A stretch of DNA of 64,000 nucleotides, taken from positions 6,227 through 70,226 of the forward strand of contig JAUYMS010000021.1 in NCBI GenBank assembly GCA_030698625.1. The letters are read 5' to 3'. The position numbers and the translations under genes are program-made. Every line of letters begins with the position of its first letter. The stretch's first letter is position 1. The notes beneath the pieces are model-generated. The model was not told where the DNA came from. It did not search any database and was given only the letters and a program-made list of their open reading frames with translations. Positions 55,701-61,700 of the stretch are shown one piece after another. The stretch is from Candidatus Omnitrophota bacterium (lineage in GTDB: Bacteria; Omnitrophota; Omnitrophia; Omnitrophales; Aquincolibacteriaceae).

Positions 55701-58700
55701 TGCTGAGGATCCGGATTACCCGGCATAATGAATACACGCACAATCACCGGCGTTATCATCTGGCCTACGACAACTACGACCTGGAAGACGTAACATCCTG
55801 GACGGCCTTTGAAGATAACCTGCCGCTGACGCATTACTTTTTTGACCACAATGTCCCGACTCTCCATTTGAAGCATGCCTGGGATCTTGACGGCAAACTG
55901 ATCGGATTCGGCACGCGGCGTGTCGACGGCCTGGGTGAAAGTTTTGTCTTCGGTAATTACGGACTCGAGAAAAAGGCGCGCGTTTCCGTAACGACAGCAG
56001 GAAACCGATTCCGCGTTCCCGGTAAGATGGGAGAAGTGGTCGCCGGTGTGGTCGTTGATGGGGCACTGATGCGGGTCGATTGGTTTCGCAAGGGCACTGA
56101 AATTCATAATATCTATGACATGAGCCAGATCGGCTTGGGAATCATTCGCTTGAAAGACGGGATTAAGCCGACTCGGAGCGCGACGCGGGCCGAACACGGT
56201 GAACTGCATGCACGGACGCTGCAAGCCTTAGTGGACAAGACGTGGACCGCCGCATGGATGCTCGAAGATACCGTGCAGCGTGCTCTTGACGAGAATGTCA
56301 GTGCGGCGCTCAGTAAAAGGCAGGCAAATGCCGCCAAGATCGTCAACCTGGGCCCTGATAGCCGGGGCACGGGCATCTTAGGGGCTAATGACGATGACTA
56401 TGGCATCACCTTCGGCGTCCAATTCCAGAGTCGCGCCCATCTCAACAGGTTCCTCAAGAAGGGCGACATGACGGCGCTTGAAGAAGTGCGCCGGATCTTT
56501 GAGCGTGCAGGCATGCAGCTCAGTTTAAAAAAGAAGGATACTAAGCGCACCGAAGGAAAAAAGATTGAATACCTCGGTCTGTACCGGGGTCGGCATATTC
56601 CCGTCAAGATCCGCCTTTATGCGAGGGCCGACAAGAAAGGGAGTATTTACAACGACCGGTTTGAGAATCAAATGGGCAAATTAAAGCGTCTCCGCGCCAG
56701 CGCCTTCCACCTCAAAGAGGAGATTAAAAAGTTTAAGGAATTTGCGCGCGAGGCAGGCATCTATGGCGACCTGGGAGATGTGCTCATGGAACAGCTCGTG
56801 ATCCAATCGGGAGAGGCAACCCATGCCGGCACCTATATCCGTGGCCGCGGAACCGCGATTAAAGCTCTGGATTGGATTCTCAACGAAGGGTACGGGTATC
56901 GCGGCAAACCTATTCGCTGGGCGGAAGTGAAGAAGAACTTCAAGGTTCATTATCCCGGTTATACCGAAAACATCCTGGCCGAGTTGAACGCCAAGACGTG
57001 GAATCAGTTGCTGGAGATGGCCAATACATTGCGAGGAGAAATCGTCGGCCGCAGCCGGGTTTCGCGCCATATTCGATCGGGAGTGCGGAAGGGAAAACTT
57101 GAAAAGGGTCTGCGCGTTATTGACGGCAGGGAGTTTGAGGGCATGTACCTGCTTTCCGAGAATCATAAGCGCATCACTTTGTGGGGATATGTACGCCTCA
57201 ATATTCCGCCACATGCCAAACCCTCGGAAATCGAACTTCATATTGATCCGGCGCCGCACATTGCGTCTGACGCGTGGACGGCCTCTCTGTGGTACAAGCG
57301 TCCCTCGGTGCCCATCGACTCGGTCGTCATCTTTAGCAAGGGGCAACTTATCGAAAAGGGTCCCCTCGCGGACGGGCGCGCAGGCTTCGCGCCTGTACGC
57401 GGTCCGATACCGGCTATCAAGACAAAATTTCGCGTTAGGGGAACCGAGGCACAGCGGTCTCGTTCGGCGACGCTGAAGGAAATCAAGCAAGCCTATCAGC
57501 AGAGGCTGTGGCTTGTCAGCGGGGGAGGCAAGATCCCCAAAGTTCAACCGCTGACTATATACAATGGTGTCGAGGAGTTGCTTCTTGCGCAGGGTGGCCA
57601 AACGATCGAGATTCCGTTAGGAGATGAATTCAACGGGAAGCGTGCGCGGCGTTCCTGGGTCCTTTTTCCAGAACTTGGTCCGGATGCCCGCGGGGTCGCC
57701 TATACCAGGCGCATCGGCAACCGGACGATCAGAAAGGAATTCGTACTGTTTCAGAACGGACGATTTGTGAAGGCGAGACGCGTCCAAAGCCAGCGCTCCG
57801 AGCTGCGCCAGCACGGTTATGGCACCGCGACAGTGGATGAGATTGTTTCGGACTCGAGGTTTCGCACCTTGCGCTATGACCGTAATGATTTTCTGTCGCG
57901 TCAAACTCCGGAGGCCCCGGTTAATTACGCTGCGCTCCGTGAGAGTTTGAAAGAGCTGGTCTCATACGCGGCCGGCCATGCGATGCCCTATCGCGATGTC
58001 GATGCCCCCAGGATCCTGGTCCAGATGGGCCTCGAAGATAAAGCCCATATATTGCAATTTCTCGATCCGAGTGCTATCGATGCCGTCGATGTGTTTCTAC
58101 ACAGCCTCATCTACCGAATCCGCATTCAGTTCATCGAGACGCCGACCGGTCTTTTTAGATTGAACGGAAAATTCCGGACTTCTTTGATCCAGTCTGATGA
58201 TCAGAACTTCTACACGATTCAAATTCCGATTAAGGAAAAGGACGGCCGCGATTTGTTTAGTCCCGAAGAGCGGGCAGTTATTATCGCCTATGACATAGCG
58301 TATGCCGCGGGCCTGTCGAAGGGGATGGATGAGGAAGCCGCCGATGCCTATGCCTGGCTCTTTACGGGCCTTTACAGCGTTATCTTCTTCTCCAAGCCGA
58401 ATGCGGTGAAGAGCAAGTACGAAAGACTTGCTCGGGAACTTAAGGAATTCGGCGAGCCGCAGGAATACATGACGCGCATGACGGTGGGTGACGCCGTGAT
58501 CGAGATCAAACAAGGCGACCTGACACTCGAGGCTGTGGATGCGCTGGCCTATGGCTCGAATCCGGATATTCAGTTCGGTATCGGCGCAAGCGGCGCCATC
58601 GCGCGAAGAGGGGGTGACGCCGTATTAGCGGAAGCTGCTATGAAGCCGCGCCTTGCGCCGGGTGAAGCGACATCGACTACTGCGGGCGAGATGGCCGCGA

Positions 58701-61700
58701 AACACGTGATTCACGCGGCTGTTTCTGATGAGTTCCTGAGGACCGATCTCAATGTGATTCGCGATGCTACCCAAAGCAGTCTCATTGAAGCGGACCGGCT
58801 GGAAGATGTTACCTCACTTGCGTTTTCTGCTTTCGGAACGGGTACGCTCGGCATTCCCTATAACGAATCGGCAGACGTCATGCTCGATGTCATCGAAGAA
58901 CATCTGGCAAGTTCCGGCACATCTCTGAAGAAAGTGGTCATCGTCCTGTTCGAAACAGATGCTTACGACGAATACGTTGAGGCGCTCATGAGACGGAGCC
59001 GCGGCCGGTCGGAATTGCGCGACGGTATTTCTGCCCTGCTTGCGCAAATAAATCAGGAGCCGATCCCGCTCATTGACGGGCCGGTAATGATCATGATGGG
59101 CGTGATTGCCGTCACAGTGTTTCTTGTATATTACTTCATGGTCGTGCGGCCGCGCTTGCGGAAATGGGTGGAGGAAGAGCAAAAGAAGAAAGAGGTCAAG
59201 GCGTCGCGGAAGCGCCCGGTGAAGTCAGCGCGGCAGGATAGGCTCAATTATGCCGCCGAGCAGCTCGGGAAATTTAAGGCCCAGGCCACCGATCAGCGGT
59301 ACAGCTCGCAGGGGCAATTGAGAGATGCCCGCGATGCGGCGGCCAGTCGTTACAAGCAAAGGTTCGGTGAGGATAGCACCCATAAGCGTTTGAGATTAGA
59401 TCTGGCACTTGCCTTCGAGGAGATTATGCGCGACCGAGGTGTTGCAGAAACCACGATCGAAGCGGACTGGCCGGACAAGGTGAAACGGCCGCGAGTGGAC
59501 AAATGGCGCAAGTGGTTCCGCAAGCGCGGCACGGCCCTGCTTCTATATAGAGAGTTTGTTGAAAAGCAGAAGGACGATACAGAGCAGGCGGCACGGTTTG
59601 AATTCAAGGAAGGACAGTACCAAAAATACATCGATAAGTTCGGTGAAGATCCGAAAGACAAGCGCCGTCGGCAACTGAAAGCCTGGTTGGAGACGAGTTA
59701 TGAGAAAGCGCTGCGCCGTCGGGGTGCACCGGCAGAATTGCAGCCGGTCGTCGACGAGCCTGCCGCTGTGGTTACTGAACCGGCGGAACTGCCTGCCGTC
59801 CAGGGGGTCGAAGCTCAGCCCGAGCCGCACCCGGAGCCATCGGTAGCAGTTGCCGAATCGGTTGTCCATACGCCGGCGAAGCCGACAGCAGAGTCTACCT
59901 TGGAAGAGTTTCGCGCCCAAAACGCGGGGATATACAGCGGCATGGCCAGAGTGGCTGTCACGACGAGTTCGACCCGTGAGCGGGCCGATGAATTACTGGC
60001 TCAGTTTGATCAAGCCGTGCAGTCTGCGATAGAACGATTTGCGGCTCTGCTGGATGAAGAAGAGGCGGCTCGCTTCCGTGTCATTGCCGCTACTACTGAT
60101 TTTATTCTGAGCGCGCGCGCAACGATTCAGGATCATGTGCAAACCTTTGTGGATGCCGATAATGCGCGCGACTTGTTGAGAGAGGCTCTTTCAACCATTG
60201 ACCATGATATTCGCCGCCGCATCAGGCACATACGCATGGCCGACGACGGAACTGTCCCTGCCGATGCCGTAAGGTTCGACGATATTTTCCAGCATCCCGG
60301 AGTCACCGGTTTTCGGGCATTGGTGGATGAACAGCCTCTGCCGGAAGCTGAAAAAGCAGAGTGGAAGCCGCGCGCGGCCGATATCGCGGAGCAGTTAAAG
60401 GTTGTCTTGGAAGATCGCTTGGCGACGGGTGTGTGGAAGACGGCGCCGGGCATTATCGCGAACCTTGAGAGGGAATTACGGCCGCAAGTCGTCAATCTTT
60501 CTTTGCACGGTGATGCGATCAACCGGCATGAACGGGTGCGCGCGATTCGCACGTGGTTGTCTGTGAATATCCCGCATGAACGCGGTAGAAAGGATCAGGC
60601 CGATTACCACAACCGGTTGCGTGAGGTCGGAGACGTCGTTCGCCGATTGCGAGGAGAGTCAGACGCCATTCTGGCGGACCCGGAGCGGTTTCGTGCCGCC
60701 TTAGCCGTGCACGACGATCCGATTGCCTTCGGTGTCTTGGCGGCCAATCAGGGCGATTTTGAATTTGCCGAAAAAGTTTTAACATCACTTATTCTAGACG
60801 ATGTATCCAAGTCCAGAGAGGAGCAGGCGGTGAGCGCAAATGCGGCACTTGCCCTATCGGGACTCTACGATAAACGGGGCCGTTTCGGTGACGCGTATCA
60901 GCTAGTCTCGACTCAGGCCGCATATCTCAAAGCAGCAAATCCGGATTTGTCGGCTGCCGGTGACGTGCACGCTTCCGATACGCTCGCCAGGGTGCTCGTG
61001 ATTCGGGCGATTAGAGATCTTGAAGAGAGCCAAACAACGATGTTGCAGGAAAATTTGAGCCGTGATCCGGCAAACCGCTGGGTGGGCGGAGTCGTTATTT
61101 CATCCGCTCGAGTCATCGCAGGCATTCGCGATTTACAGCGCAACGTGGCCGATCTTTCGCTTCGCGGCGATGCCATTCTTGACCACCCGGCCGTGCAAGC
61201 GGCGCGTGAATGGCTCAATCGCAATCTGCCTCACGACACGGAAGGTGAGAGTAAAACCGCTTATGACCAACTGACCGCGGAAGTCGACCGCATGGCCAGC
61301 CAGCTTGTAGCTGAGTCCGCGAAAATCATCGGTGATCCGGTAACATTCAGCGAGGTTCTGAGTAACCTAGAAAACCCCGTCGCCTTTGGTGTGCAGGCAG
61401 CCTACGACGGCGATTTCGATTTCGCGGAAAAGGTCCTGCTGTCAATCGCGGGGCGCGACTTCCCGGCATTATTTCGGTCGCGTGCAGCAGGTACGACTTC
61501 AGAGAACGATGTGACGCTGCAACTACGCAGCACGGAGGCGGCCCGCCAGCTTGCCATTCTTTATGAACGCCGGGGACGCAGTGGCGAAGCTCATGCATTG
61601 CTCGAAGAGCAACTCGATTGGCTTTATCTGGTCAACCCGTGGCTGCGTAAGGAAGGCATAAGTGTCGGCAGTCAGAGTCGGCTGCGAGCCGTGGCGGCAA

